DNA of 64,000 nucleotides from assembly GCA_051294905.1 (NCBI GenBank), contig CM119372.1, forward strand, positions 33,606,001-33,670,000. The letters run 5' to 3'. Below, in pieces: positions 1 through 14,349 of the stretch. A program made the translations under genes and the position numbers. The first letter of the stretch is position 1. Each line of letters opens with the position of its first letter. The notes below the pieces were generated by a model. The model was not told the DNA's origin, did not search any database, and was given only the letters and a program-made list of their open reading frames with translations. Source of the DNA: Botryllus schlosseri. Taxonomy: Eukaryota.

Positions 1-1428
1 CATCTGAATGCTCATGAATTGTTCTTCGCTGCGGCATGTGTACAATCCTTCGCCGTTTTGCCTCTGCCATGACTGCAATATTGTTGCTCCAAATCATAAA
101 CTAGGCTACTGCTATCGACTCTAAAGCATTCAAAGAACACGTGTTACAGTACTATTAATGACTCATCAACCCACAACGCGCTCGAACAGAACCACAGCCG
201 CTACTAACAGACTCGACTTCAGCAAAGCAGACTTTATATTTAGTAAAGCGACGCACCCGAATTCGAGTCAGCTGTTGCAGTAATCATTGAAGCCTAGCCG
301 ATTACCCAATCAAGAACCGTGCTGTCCGGATTCCCCGCCTTTTTGCAAGTCTGATGTCGGTGGCCCGCCCACTCTTCACCAACGACTTTCAAACGCATTT
401 AGACAAATATTACCGGCTTTCCTGCGAGCTTCTTTCAGGCCCATTATTGTTTTTTTTTTAACAATAATCTACAGAATAAGCCACGGATACGCAGTATTCC
501 AAACATTTTCCAAATTTTGAACAACCCTAATATACAATGATTGGAAACTGCCACGCCCCTCAACGCTATAAGATAGGTTCCCGGCAAAATCAGTCCGTCG
601 CGGGATATGCTTGAGTAGAGGTACGGGATTCCGTATGTCGATTGTGGTGGAGTGCTGCAATCGACCTTGCTAGCGTAATAATTCACTGATTTTCCCTGAT
701 TGGTTTAGTTTTAGTTGGTTTCTTGAGCATAGTGAGGCAGTACTGCATACTATAGGATGTAATACAACTTAACGATGCACATTTATCAAAGTACCGACTA
801 GCTGCGAGGCATTTTAGCATCGGTTGCAACCATGCATGTACGACACAGCCTAAAAAATTAACAGAGACTGTGCGTGAGCGTCAACATAGATGTGCAGAAC
901 CTGGAAGGATTGTTAAAGGTCAACTGCATCTTTACAGACAACTTTGCGGAATCATGTTCAGAACTTTTTTTTATACCGAAATTACCAACTTTCCGTGTTT
1001 CAACTCAATCGGAAATTGCCGTAATTTTGACTGAAAGTCCCAATATTGGCATGTTTACAGAAAAAGCAGAATGTGCATCGTGACGTCAAGTACATGATAT
1101 CTATATTCTCACCACAGCGGATATATGTATTCGCCAAGACGCTGGGCGAATATTTGAGTTAGTTGTATGGCGAAGGACTCGCTTGTATGGTGTTGAAACT
1201 GAGTCTGAGTACTTGAATGTAAGTATGAAATGCGGACGCGCTTCAGGTGGGGATTCGCTCGATCCCACATCAGTGGAACCCCTATCAGCTTCGTATAATG
1301 ATAGGTCGGTTGGTAATCTGTAGTGTGATCAGCGTAAAAGCTAAATGAAATGCAGTATGGTAGCGGCCTATGTATAATTCGGTGGATTACTTCGTTTCAA
1401 ATAGGAATCTTGCTACAATCAATCACAG

Positions 1429-1836
1429 GTGTTAATATGGAGGTTGCCAGCTTAAATGCCAACTATCAGGGAGAGTTTGTGCTGACAGAATAAGAGTGAA
1501 TCACAGCATTACCATGATTTCAATCAGCTTGTTGGGATGGTGATGCATTAAAGATGTCTTACTATAGAACTGAACAGGATTATGGCCACAGAATTATAAC
1601 ATCTAGTTTGATGCATGAGTGAATGAGCCTCATTAAGATGAAACGGCGAGTCCGTTGCCAAGTAATTTCCTAACACAACTACACTTTTCAGGAAGCTGAG
1701 AAACACTGCACAGGAATTTCGTCCGATCGCTACGGGGATTCTGCAGAAAACAACACGGAAAATCCTGCCTGCGCATGTCGTTACTGCCATCCGATCAAAA
1801 GTCACATCCAGTAGTTTCAAAGGATTTCAATTTTGA
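1429..1836 (+). pseudogene. KolX-like (P2X7 C-terminal-like Cys-rich) accessory gene remnant of Kolobok
   Basis: Hand translation gives C*YGGCQL/MPTIRESLC*Q (1430-1488, frameshift and stops). After the ttttcag acceptor, 1693-1836 reads KLRNTAQEFRPIATGILQKTTRKILPAHVVTAIRSKVTSSSFKGFQF*, matching the R..AYR.F...G.L...R..LP.CVV..IR..F....Y.GF pattern. Confidence 0.7.
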
Positions 1837-2533
1837 AATGCTTCATTGTGAATGAAAATAGTTTTATTGAAAATAGTAAACGCAACAAACTAATCCATTA
1901 ACACTGCTACTGTATCAGGAAGAGAAATATATCGGGTTTTGTGTCCAGCAATATCATCATCCGAGCTAGTTTTGACGATGCCGCCACTCAAATAAAATTG
2001 ATGAACTCTGCCGTTCCTGGTCATGTTTTGATGAGTGCATTGACTTCTTCATTGCAGTAATCTAGAGAAGGCAAAAAATATCACAAGGTGTTATAACGCC
2101 GTCAGATTGAAGGCAGTATTCCTAACGTTGTATTCTTAAGTATCATTAAATAAAGGATTGCCAACTGCATCCTACAATGATGCGTATGGCCTGTGAATAT
2201 GGTGAAATCTTATAAGGGTTGTTTTGAACAGTTATCACAGTACTTTACGACAGTTATGGATGGTGATACTGGTACTTTCTCATCTCCGCTGAGCTGCCAA
2301 CATCTTGAGAGGGACATAGATTACGATATAGTAATGGATCATCGGTATTATCTTGTTGCTTTTGCTGCTTACATCAGTGGTTCCCAACCTTTTTCCACCC
2401 ACGTACCATTTTGAGGTTTTATGCAGTGCCCGCGTACCACCTATATAAGTTATGCGCGTTTCCACCATTTATGACGTCATACTCACGTATTTGACGTATG
2501 CGAGGTGTATTAACAAATTCTATCGAACTAAGC

Positions 2534-3852
2534 CAGGGATGTCAAATATACGGCCATGGGCCGGATCCGGCCCGCCAGACGATTTTATCCAGCCCGCATA
2601 GCAATTCTGAGTACACTGAAAAAAGATTATATCTTCAATCACATCCGCAGTAATAAACAAATTACAACGTCCGCGTTGACAGTTAAATATCTTGTATTCA
2701 TCACAACGCATACGCAGGGCTAACGCCAGATTATGACTAAAGCAAGGGTGGCCAACCTTTTTGCAATTCAGGGCCGCATTTCGACTACTCGTGTAGCCTA
2801 CGGCCGCATTCCAGGGCATAGTCGAAATGAACGAGCTGATGGACGCCAAATACCCAGGTTAAAGTGTCTATGTCCATGTCCATTTCCGGTGAACTCCGGA
2901 CTAATCTAATTAATGATAGGCTTACTATGTGCACAAAATCGCGAGTGGTCACTGGTAATGTTAAGGAAGGAAGTCATCATAGTCGCGCGAAGCGCGAAAA
3001 AAAATCAGATTCACGAATGAATTTCGTCATTGATATTACTAGTTTTACATATTACCCTCAAACATTTATCCTTTCTCATCCCGTGTGATCAGATTCACTG
3101 GTATAGAGTGTATGTAGGGGTGTTTTCGAAAATTTAAAGCAAGTTATAAATTATGATGCATCTTCGGGTGGGCCAATTGGTATTAGTCACTTTGTAGCAT
3201 GCTGTTATTTCTTGACCTCCCATCAGGATTGTTAGCATAGTGAGGAGCACACGATTCCGCGCTGATATTTCCATGTGAGGCGCATCATTTCCCACTGATG
3301 TTCGCATCTGTATTTTGAGGCTGTGGTTGCAAAGGGTGCTACTATAGTAAAATTGAAAATTGTAATCGCATTGAATCACGCGCAACGCGAAGAAAATTTC
3401 AAAATTAATGAAAATCTTTCAAGAAATCGGGAGTCAATTCCTAAATTCAAATTTCATGTCGGCGGCCGCTAACACATACTAATTGAATTGCGTGCCTACG
3501 CCCACACAAATTCCCTCTTACGGCCGCAGGTTGGCCACCCCTGGACTGAAGCAAAGGGAACACTTAAATATGTCTACTTGTATCGCCGGTAATGCCATTG
3601 TTTTAGCGGTTCTTAACTGTATTCAACCGGACAAACATCATATTTTCGCATTGCTCGCAAATAATGGTGTTGCGACTCGCTAGAATGAAACCCCTACGAT
3701 TCGTGTATTATCTATATATGCTTGATAATAAAGTATTCCAGCGAGAAGCAATGGCACGAGGCAACATTTACGATTCCGTTGACTGGTCCGGCCCGCGAGC
3801 GATTTCATGACTTCGATCCGGCCCGCGATGCAATTTGAGTTTGACACCCCTG
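2534..3852. mobile_element. hAT MITE nested in 2375-4305
   Basis: TIR CAGGGATGTCAAA / TTTGACACCCCTG; TSD AACTAAGC on both sides; GGCCCGC subterminal motifs. Confidence 0.9.
2743..3543. mobile_element. hAT MITE nested in 2534-3852 (same family as 40400-42607)
   Basis: TIR CAAGGGTGGCCAACC / GGTTGGCCACCCCTG; TSD GACTAAAG / GACTGAAG (1 mismatch). Confidence 0.85.
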
Positions 3853-4733
3853 AACTAAGCATTATCAGCCAGGGTTGATGGGATGTATGGAATTTTTTTT
3901 CACCACCAGTCACAAGAAGAACAGCGTAATGATATACCAACGCACAACAAAAGTCAATTTATTTAATGCGATGGCTGCATTTGTTTATTTTCCACTAGCT
4001 TGTCGATGCGTGGCATACGTTTGCTTACAGCGCATCGAAAGTCATGTATGGGCGCAACAAGTCGGTTTAGTTTCTTCGACTTGATAATCATCAGGGATGA
4101 AAATCCTTGCTCGCATTCCCATGTATAAGGGAAAATCAGCAGCTATGGGGAATAGCGGGAGACGACGGCTTCAAAAAACTCAAAATCAACCTCGCCTGAG
4201 TTAATAACTCCCTTTGATCGAAAAAAAACAGAATCTGCTCGCGTACCACCTGGAAGACCTTCGCGTACCACTAGTGGTACGCGTACCACAGGTTGGGAAC
4301 CACTGGCTTACATGATAAGCAGGCTTCCTGACTCATAGGCTATAGCTTCATCAGTCTATGATTTAACCAGGGTTGTAGCCAAGTCGCAAATTTCCGAGTC
4401 ACAAGTCAATCTCACTTCTATAGTTTTGGCTCGAGTCGCGTCCTTTTCAATTATCCACGGAGTCCATAAAGGTGGTCAGTGATGTAGCCATCAGGTCATG
4501 CAGTCAGCTGGTTACATATTCCCTTTTCAGTAACTAATGCCACTACTTCATTCAATGAGTGAAGTGGCTTAATTTTAGAATACTTCCACTTCAAAAGTTT
4601 TTGAAGGCATATACTTAAATCTACATGTATACTTGAGTGCAAACAATAACTACTTTCATTACCACCACAGTCAATACTAATAGAAACGGTTAGTTACACT
4701 CTTATAGTACTAGCTGACTCAATACATTTTCAC

Positions 4734-5073
4734 TTACCGATTTCGGACAGTACGTAGCTTTAGAGGAGTACCGGTATTCCTACGTGAAAATAAAGTGTGG
4801 ACGGGAGTACATGCGATAGTTGCCTGTGTTCGGTAGTCAACTAGCTTGTGTATCTCGGATACTTCATTGAAGCAAGATGGTTGGAAGTGATCCGCGCATA
4901 AATATGATTCTGTGCGCAATTTTGGTCTTCACGGTGTTCCGCACTGTTCAGCTACAGACGTCCGGTCGGCTGCCGGCATATGGCTTGTGAAAGCGATGTA
5001 AGGACACTTTGAGTACCGCATATTGCGTATTGTAGCAGCCATACGCGACATAACGTCTACCTCCATTCCTCAT
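4734..5073 (-). pseudogene. THAP zinc-finger N-terminus of the Kolobok transposase (degenerate)
   Basis: From ATG at 5073: MRNGGRRYVAYGCYN...VSLHRF; after a frameshift/stop: *RPKLRTESYLCADHFQPSCF...VHTLF. This is the THAP C..GC.N / HRFP / W.P / LC..HF / VPTLF signature with lesions. Confidence 0.8.
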
Positions 5074-5163
5074 CTTCTTTACAGCTTTCACGATCACACT
5101 GAAATACTCAAATCCACAGCAACAGGGATAACCTTATGCAAACTAGGTATCAAGACTTCTGCT

Positions 5164-6318
5164 CAGTGTTGCCACTCTAGGTTCCTAGAAAAACACAAGA
5201 TTATGTCGTGAAAAAACACTAGATTGGCGAAAAAAACACTAGATTAGTAAATTGCAGGAAAAATTTGCCGTTGCCAAGTAATCATGATGACCAAGGTACA
5301 AATCCATAGATAAGAAGTGTTCCACACATGAATTCGATACGTATGTATGATATACTGCATGATTAATGATTATTCAACGAAAATTAATGAACCAAATTGA
5401 TATACTGCATGATTATTCCACGAAAATTAATGAAACGAATTTAACAGAGTAGGAAAAAGTAAAATATTGTCGCTTTCGACTTTTACGGCATCATAAAAAT
5501 TATCTTTCGATTGTTCACCATCCTTCAAACATAAGTTTCTTTTGTGTGGCATCTTACTCACTGCCGTAGGCTACATCTTCAACCAAACAATGGGGAGGTG
5601 TCCATGTGCAGCATACTTCATTTTCACGCATGCAGTGGAATGTGGCAACGCCAAGAGATTCGTCATGAGCTTCCCCAGTAAAGGAAATTTTGATTCACCG
5701 AATCCATTGTGCACAGATTGCAATTTTTGCCAAAATTCTGTTGGAGGGCTTTGACTGATTGAAAGCTCATTTTGCGAATTTGCCAAAGCAGCCCATTCTT
5801 CAAACAAATCATCAACTTCATCAAATAATATCACAGAGGGAAATTGCACAGCTTGAGGAATGATTGATTTTACTTTTCTTTGTGTTGATAAGGCTGTTCA
5901 CGGATTCAATACACTCAAGTACGAAAGTATGCTGTCCGCGGCTAATGAAAATCTTGCCCGAATCTGCAAGAGTGAGTTCAACAAGAAACGACAGAGCATC
6001 AGAGCGAAATCGCTCTTCATTTTTTCCGAGACTTTTGCTCTTAAGTACGGATTCATAGCGCACCTTGTTACATAATAATTGCATTGTTACTGCACCACCA
6101 CATAGAATTGTTGATAACAAACACAGCCAGAGACACCAAATCGCCTTAGTAGCGATAAATTAGCGTATAATTCAGTAGTCTTATGTTAGAATATTCATTG
6201 TTCGCTCAATTGCAGAAAAACACTAGATTAGCAAAATTGTGCGAAAAAAACACTAGAACACTGAGACGACCGAAAAAACACTAGATCTAGTGTTAAAACA
6301 CTAGGAGTGGCACCACTG
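5164..6318 (-). mobile_element. hAT deletion derivative retaining the transposase C-terminal dimerisation domain
   Basis: TIR CAGTGTTGCCACTC / GAGTGGCACCACTG; TSD CTTCTGCT; subterminal AAAACACTAGAT repeats. ORF 5571-5849(-) reads EFWQKL...KFPLLGKLMTNLLALPHSTACV, the hAT dimerisation motif. Confidence 0.9.
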
Positions 6319-7009
6319 CTTCTGCTGTGTCAGTTACATGACGTCATTTCATGGCTGAATGGTTTCGTTTCCGTTTTTTGGCTTTTCGATTTATAATTTA
6401 AATTACTTCAAAATTATGCAGAAATTACAATTTTTATTATTTTATTCATATTGCTAGCGACATAATGTATGAAATAAGCAAAAGTCTTTTTGAAGATGCA
6501 GTTGACCTTTAAAAGAGGATTTGAAAATTTTCTGGCATCATTTACGTCACTTGATTTCTTAAAAGAGAAGGGTTGATTACGATAATTCTGTGAGCAACTA
6601 AATTGTTTTATATAGTATAGTATCAATATAGCGATTGTACCTTAATAATATAAAATCTAACCGAAAACTATCCCCATCAATGATGAGAATCGGCATTTTT
6701 CCAAACAATATTCCATCGGCAAAACAATGCACTAGAATGACATTGAGGATAGTCACTCATAGTTAGTGTTGTTCACATCGACCTGGCGTGATATGTCGTA
6801 CTCCACTCAACAGTTGAATCTTTCACAGCGGGTGTGCGAAAACGTCTGCCAATGCCCATTTATTGAAAATATTCCTGGTAAACGTTTTGGCACTTCTTCG
6901 ATATAAACTACACGTTGTGAAGTGTTCCCCATGAATTGCCTGTACACCTTGAAAATTAACAAGGAGTACTCGTCAAGATTGATAGCTGGAAGGGTTGTAC
7001 ATAATAGAT

Positions 7010-8107
7010 GATTTGTGCATTTGCGAGCAACATTCTATGGCGTCTTATTCATTGAAAGGTTTGGAAATCTGCGCACACTAATAATCGTTGCAATTCCATA
7101 TTTTACAATACATGTAGGACTGGTCACTATTTGTGCTAAATGGGCAGGCTTTGACAGATAGTAATTACTATCTCTTCAAGTACCGGTATAAATTATTCGA
7201 GGCACATGAAAAGAGCATCCTTAGTTACAATTTTGTTCAGTAAAAAACACTAGATTTACCGAATTTCGAAGGAAAATGTACTAGGCCAAGTCAAAATACA
7301 CTAGATCTAGTGTAAAAACACTAGGAGTGGCACCACTGACCAAACAACGACAACGCAGGCTGTGTAAGCATAGCTATCACATACCACAATTAGGGGTTAT
7401 AGGTATTGCAGTCGAACACAGCATAAAGGACACAAACAGCGACAATGTAGCTTATGCAAGGAGCTATCACATACCACAATTTAGCGTAGCTATGGATGGA
7501 AAATATATAACAGCTACATAAGTAAAGGATTGTATTGGCTCCGCATTGCGTATTTGCCTTCGCTACTATATAATTCCTAGCTACAAGACTGCTGGATTCT
7601 GGAACCGATAGCGCGTTTCACTGCGCTTCGATTGTCCAATTGTAAGCGAATAGTGCATGCAGCCGGTTCGTTTGTGCCTCACCTGGCCATTGTTTCGCTG
7701 CGATGGCATTATCTGTAATAAAGCCGAATGTCACCTTCATTGGTGATTTTGAGGGGGTTCTGGTGGTCTGACACTGTTAATATTTGGATTTTCGGAATCA
7801 GTGTGACAATAGCCTTTGATTGATATCAGTTATTGTGAATTCCGAGCTATTTATGATGAATTGCATTGTCGCAGGTGAGGCACGACCCGCCCGTGCCTCA
7901 CCTTACGTTTGGCGCTGTATTTTGAATAATAATTATGCAGATTGATTAATTTGGGTGATAAAAATGTTCAAATTTAGGTATTTATGAACATCGATGTAAA
8001 ACATCAATAAATCATCGACTCATCGAGGGTTTTCACGATGTTCACTTACTCATCCAGACGACAGGTGAGGAACTGCCTCACCTGCCTCATTGGACCGCAC
8101 GTCACTG
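7010..8107. mobile_element. Partial hAT MITE, inverted paralogue of 32503-33705
   Basis: Ends in GGACCGCACGTCACTG (8107) and aligns by eye with the reverse complement of 32503-33620. Left end not found; left coordinate approximate. Confidence 0.8.
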
Positions 8108-9372
8108 CATCTATGGTATTTTATGTATAACCTTCATAATTTTTCGCTATTTGAATCACGCTTTATGACCTGAGCATGAGCATGAGCATCAACTTGCATT
8201 TGTATATGCTGCTGCCTCAAATGCCCAGGTTATTTTTCCAGCAACTCCATAATCCTCCATTGCAAGATCTCTCTCTTGAATATGCTCATATATAATGCAT
8301 ATGCGGTAATACAGAAAATACTTATTTAACTTGATTTCAATTGTAGTTGACTGGCAAAACTGTTACATAACAAATTCCCATTTTGTAAATATCTAATGCA
8401 TAAATTTTTTACAGGACCTTTATTGACCAATTTGAAAATTGTAGTCCATTCTAACTTTCAAGAAAAGATTGTTCGTGTATTGAAACAGCCGCAAAGCAAC
8501 CAACAACCGCGAGGAAATTGGAAAGAATTTAGGGATGTTAATATAAGTGCAAATCATTATCTTATGGGATTCTGGCACGGCAGGCACTACATGAGAAGCA
8601 ACCATGTCATGTTCCACTCTGCTTCAGACATTGAGATATTTCCAAAGATTGTAGTCAAAATGAATAATACTTCACGATTGGTGCCAGATTGGATTGATAC
8701 TCATTGGGTCGATTGATGTGAAGAAAAATAGTCTTGCTGAAAGACTATGCATATTATCCGAGTGCGAGAGGTGAGGAGATGGACACTACAATGCAATCTG
8801 TGGATAATTTTGTGTGCCTTGTGAATACGACACCAAGTTCAGCTACAACTGCCATTTTAAGCCATATTGCATTACGGGTAATATTGCTTCACTTGTACTA
8901 GCTGGAAAAGGATATGCCGCTACTGCAATACTGGAGATATTCTTATGCCGCAGAAACAGCAATGTCCAGAGCAATGAAATTCGTGAGCAGGGAAACTTAT
9001 CAAGGCGACAAGAAAACAACAGCAATGATAAATTTGATACGGACATTTTTGCCAATCCATCGAGCAGACTACATCATTACCACCAAGAGATTGAGTCTTG
9101 ATCTGTTATTGGAATCATTTTTAGCCTGATCAGGAAATCTGGCCGTACTTGCGATATGGTAATTTTCAAAGAATAATTGATTTCTAAAGAGGCTTGAAAC
9201 ATACTAGTATTCAAATGCCATGGAACTTGATGCTTCAATGCCCTCCGATGCTCAACATCATATAAAATCGCCGCTCTACCATCCAACTGCAGTCCTGTTA
9301 TAGTCATTAAGAGAGAATAGAAACGATCGAAAAAATAACATTTGAGAATATATATTTTTGTTACGTGACAAG

Positions 9373-12300
9373 AGTAGTATATAGGATCGGTCGTGACCTG
9401 GCAGGGGCTCTTATGGGCGGGGTGGTGAGGTGCCTGAAAACCGGGGGTGGCATGCGGCTCTTATCTCTTATGGCGGGGGTGGCATGCGGCTATTTCGTCT
9501 TATGGCGGGGGTGGCATGCGGCTCTTATTTCTTATGGCGGGGGTGGCGAGCGGCACTTATTTCTTATGGCGGCGGCTCTTATTTCTTATGGGTGCGGTCG
9601 CATGCGGCTATTGCGTCTTATGGCGGGGGTGACGAGCGGCACTTATGTCTTATGGCGGGGGTCGCAAGCGGCTCTCGCCTTTTTTGCTATAGGTGGTGGC
9701 GGTGATTCGCCTGTCGTGTATTCTTACGAGATCTGTGGTGATTCGCCATGTGTTCTTATGGGCGCGGTCGTGATTCGCACTTTCGAGTATAGGCATCTCT
9801 CGCATATCGCGTTGAAACTCGGGGTCGTGACTCGCCTTTTTTGCTATAGGGGGGTAGCGGTGATTCGCCTGTCGTGTATTCTTACGGGATCTGTGGTGAC
9901 TCGCCATGTGTTCTTATGGGTGCGGTCGCATGCGGCTATTGCGTCTTATGGGTGCGGTCGTGATTCGTACTTTCGGGTATAGGCTGCGGCGGTGACTCGT
10001 ATTGAAAAACTCGGGGTCGTGATTCGTACTTTCGGGTATAGGCTCCGGTCGCATGATAGCGTTATGGAGATAGGGATCGGTCGCATGCTAACGTTTTCGG
10101 ATATAGGCGGCGGCGGCAAGTCCTACTCTCGGGTATTTAGTTTGCCACAGAGCCGGCGTAGACGGCGATTCGAATATCAACAATAGTCGCGTTCGCAAAC
10201 TAACACTTCAAAAAAGATGTGAAAAATTTTTGTAAAATCCTACGATCGCTCACAAGATACCACTTCCGGCATATCGATCTATCACTCAATACACAACCGA
10301 AGTTGAATTGTAATTGAATGCGTAACTTTATCACCTCGACATCAAAATTCGAAAACAACAACTTGATGCTTTATGTTCTCACTCTAATTTCATGATAAGT
10401 GTAATAAGTACCGAATAACAGATACACCACCGGCGAGACTTGAATACCAACAAATTGTCACTTATTTCTATTCTAGCCGTAATCCTTTGTGAAGTTAACG
10501 CTTATTCAAAAAGGTGTGAAATATTTGCAAAACCCCGCGATCACTGACAAGATAATGTCTCGGACATAGTCATCTTTCACGACTTGGTGTCATAGCCATA
10601 CCGATCGCTCACGCGGTGAAATTTTAGTAATCAGTTTGTCACAGAACTGGATTTCACTGGTAAGATTTAATAAATACCGACTAACAGAACCATCAGTGTG
10701 GGTAACTTGAATAGCAACAAATTGTCAGTTATTTCCGACGGGAAATTCACTAAACCGCAGTACAATGTGTGATTTTGAAAAACAGATGTTTGCGCTTGCG
10801 TTTTGATATGTGTGACCCACTAACTACGTCCGTTTTGGAAACGCGATCTGTTGTGAGGATTACGCAGCGCGTGCGGGCTATATTTCGAATGACCTGTGCG
10901 CTGAATTATTTCCCGTCCAGCCGTGTGCTACTATCGATTAACACACTAGCCCAGTCAGTGCGAAATAGTTTGCTAAATCTAGGAATCAGTCGCATGGTAA
11001 TGTTTTGGTAATTAGTTGTCGCAGGGCCGGCGTAGATGGTGATTCGAAAACCAACAATAACCGCACTCGCAAATTCACACTTCAAAAAAGTGTAAAAAAT
11101 AGATTGCAAATCCCACAACCCGGATTAAAGTGGTTTTATCTCAAGCGCCTAGACATGGTAATATGTTATATTCATTAATTATATTCAGCTGCGACACGAA
11201 AAGCGCGTGCGAAATAGTTTGCTAAATCTTGGAATTACTCGCATGTTAATATTTTGGTAATTAATTGACCCCAGAGCCAGAGTAGACGGTGATTCGAAAA
11301 CCAACAATAACCGTGCAGACGGAAACATGGCTTGTTGTGAGGATATCGAGCGTGCGCGACCTATATTTCGAATGACCTGTGCGCTGAATCGTTTCCCTTG
11401 CAGTCGTGTGTCACTTCCACAAAAACATTGTCAAGTAAATCCGTTACCCGACCAACTCAAACAGTATCAATATGAAAAACAGCCAAACATACACGAATCC
11501 ATACAATCACTAAAACCTAAAATCCATAACAAGCTTGGCTGTATTCATATCCCTACGCAACTTGAAAAGTCGTTACTATTCTGTAAGATAAAGGAATTAC
11601 TACGCGGTATATTCTGCAAGACAAACTAATTACTACTCGGTATATTTTGAAAGACAAAAGTAATTACTTCTCAGTGTCGGCGACTTGAGATTAACATAAT
11701 ATGTTTGAGTATACGAGATTTGACAGTCTGACCATCGTAGTTGAGAATTCATTTCTTACAATCGAACACAGGTGTTATATCAAAAATTATCATGATCATA
11801 AGGATTGACACATTGATTTGACATATGAGATTTTGTAATAGTTGATCATTACTTTATTATTAAATTATTTGCGTTAATTAGACCCCGCGTTGCGGTAAAT
11901 GTTATGACAACAACAAACTTTTCAGTACCAATGTTATTAACATATTAAGCTGTAAAACTATGTGTGTCTGAAATGTTCTTGATAGGAAAATTACTCCACC
12001 TTGGTAAAAATCACTCTGTGTATCGCGGATATCAGAAAATATTTCCAGTAACCAAGACTAAAGATGAAACGACAATATCGGTATTATTACATTCAACAAT
12101 CAGTACAATTATTAAAATCTATCGTTTGCGATAAACAGCACTAAAGATGTAATAATTCCAGTATTCATACACTGAACATCCGATACAAAATGCTTTATTA
12201 TCCCGATTCCCAACGGGTAATTGAAACGACTAAGTGTAGAATCAGTATATCACAATATCGTTACTATTGAATCCAACGATTTATTGTCGGAATTTGTGAC

Positions 12301-12900
12301 AGAGAATTTAAACATATGCACTTTACAGAGTGTGAAAATATCACTTTGAGTATCGCGTACCGTTCGAAGCTAGCGATCAATTCTTAATCATTTCAGTAAC
12401 TCCCCATTGTGCGTGCTAAATGTAAAATATCGCGAGGTTATACACTCTAAGACTTTGATTATTGCAAAAGTAAATTGTGATATGTTTGTTAGATGCATCC
12501 AATTCAACTAGAAGTGTCTAGTGCCCAACACTCGTAATATCAAAAAAGTACTTGCTACACTATAATTCACTAAACGTGTTTTGCATTGTTGTTCATTTGT
12601 AGTATTGATTGAAATTGTTTTGAACCCTCAAATAATAATTCCCGACATGAAACTTAAGCCGCCGAAAGTCGTTACCATCACAAAGAAACAATTTGCACGA
12701 TGTTTACCAAATGTGTCCTACCTGACCATCAGAAAACAATTTTCACTCACTCGAAATGAAACCAATGTGATGGTCTCCATTCGATATTTTGTTTGTGTCA
12801 AATACTTTGCAATGAACACATTTGCGTGGTTGAGCTTTACATCATCAAGCTGTTATTTGTAAATCAAGATTTCGGTAAACTTGTAAATGTATCGTTTAAC
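9373..12900. mobile_element. Long non-coding repeat with AGTAGT terminus and subterminal GC-rich minisatellite (Polinton/Maverick-like end?)
   Basis: Starts AGTAGTATATAGG; internal direct repeats at ~10146, 10490, 11020, 11270; blocks at 10440-12722 recur inverted at 46833-50930. No coding signature recognised; right boundary uncertain. Confidence 0.45.
9408..10100. repeat. GC-rich ~30-bp minisatellite
   Basis: Repeated CTTATGGCGGGGGTGGCATGCGGC grading into GGTCGTGATTCG variants; higher-order duplication of 9670-9790 at 9830-9980. Confidence 0.9.
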
Positions 12901-14349
12901 TAACCGACATTTAGTGATTGGGGAACACACCAAACGATACACATCCATCTCCGAAATACTGCATTGATCTTAATTTCCATCATCGTGATAAGCGAAGTAC
13001 ATTTGTTTTGAATTCATAACAATAGGCTTTTCTATGGCATGATAAATTATTGACAAGTTCTGCTTAGAAGATTGGTTGCATATCACTAAAAATAATATAC
13101 CACACATATTATTACTGTTACTCCATTCATCGGTATTTTTTCCGTTGTCGATTTTCAAACGAGTAAAATTTATTACTTGAGTTGCTCTGCTTAATGTAAA
13201 TGTAAACTCACCCGTCTTTCAACAACAAACAATGTTTAAAAAGTATGCAATCAAACACAACAAGTTTTACGATACTAATTATTATCCCACATAATACATT
13301 TCTTACCGAAGACATATGAAATATATTCATGTTACACGAAAATATTCGCTCATGCTGCAAACCTGTAAAATGATTGGTGGCGCTTTCAAACTATTTCGAT
13401 ACCTCAAGAACTTTATTGGCTGAATGGTTGTTCATGTATCGTAATAATCAAGTAGTTCAACACAGAACTAGTATTAACAGAAACACCAGAGTTGTTTACA
13501 CAAAAGTTTGTATGTGTACAGTATACGAATACCATGTGTAAGTCCAGCACAATTGCGGTATCCATACGAGTTTAGTTAACACAATTTACGACACCGAGGT
13601 CGCCTCATCTTTCGTAAGACAACAAACCAAGGCTTCAGGATATGTCCATGTCATAACAATAAATCAGCTACTCCAACAACAGAGTACATATGTTTTCTAG
13701 TACGGTGCTTACATCTTACACACAATTCATCACATGGTTGTCCTCACAACAATAAAACTAAAACATACTATCATACATAATGGTCGTTATAGTTTGCACA
13801 CCAACGATACATCGTGCAAGTAGCAAGTCTCGAGAATCCAGTTATTCAAAAAAACGTGAAAGTGTTTCTACACCAAGTCGGTATGTTGGCGAAAGCCTAT
13901 ATTGTAATATCATGATCGATTTACATTCGTTGGTCGCAAAATGTCACTACTCTAAATAATTATTTTTCACTCAAAGCCTACTTGTCACCATTCGTTTCAT
14001 CAAGCACGAGTTCAAGAAACCTGCTACGACATGAATTGTTATTTTTTATGTTGTGTAAATAGGTAATAATTAATTTTAGTAACACTATATCAACATCATC
14101 GAGTTGTGCGAATAGATTTACATGTGGTCTTGTGGTTTTAATCGAAGTATACAGCACGGTCTAATGTGGAGTCATCTCTATTGTACAGCAACTCGGTAAT
14201 CGAAATGCATTAAAATTTAAACAGCGATCTTGTGTCGTCACGCGAAAAATATGTTCACTATCGCGATAATCCTTTTCACACTCGTAATGGTATACCAACG
14301 GCAAGCGATAACGTTTAACAACACCAACGACACTAAACATACGATACCT

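Larger units (their letters stand above)
2375..4305. mobile_element. hAT (Charlie-like) non-autonomous element
   Basis: TIR CAGTGGTTCCCAACCT / AGGTTGGGAACCACTG; perfect 8-bp TSD GCTTACAT (2367-2374, 4306-4313). Confidence 0.9.
917..6508. mobile_element. Kolobok-superfamily DNA transposon, decayed and internally deleted, carrying nested hAT insertions
   Basis: Perfect 16-bp TIR AGGTCAACTGCATCTT (917) / AAGATGCAGTTGACCT (6508), each flanked by TTAA (913-916, 6509-6512). Contains a THAP remnant (-) and a convergent KolX-like remnant (+). Confidence 0.85.

Noticed and set aside
530..7010. Older hAT transposase remnant flanking the Kolobok on both sides
   Set aside because: Only faint motif resemblance (e.g. 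RLCRTCMVATDA near 815-850, minus strand); too weak to call.
8110..9350. Short ORFs suggesting a decayed gene
   Set aside because: No recognisable motif in any frame examined; needs a translated search.
9365..9982. 205-aa ORF and overlapping ORFs
   Set aside because: Translation of the GC-rich ~30-bp minisatellite; open in several frames; no domain motif.
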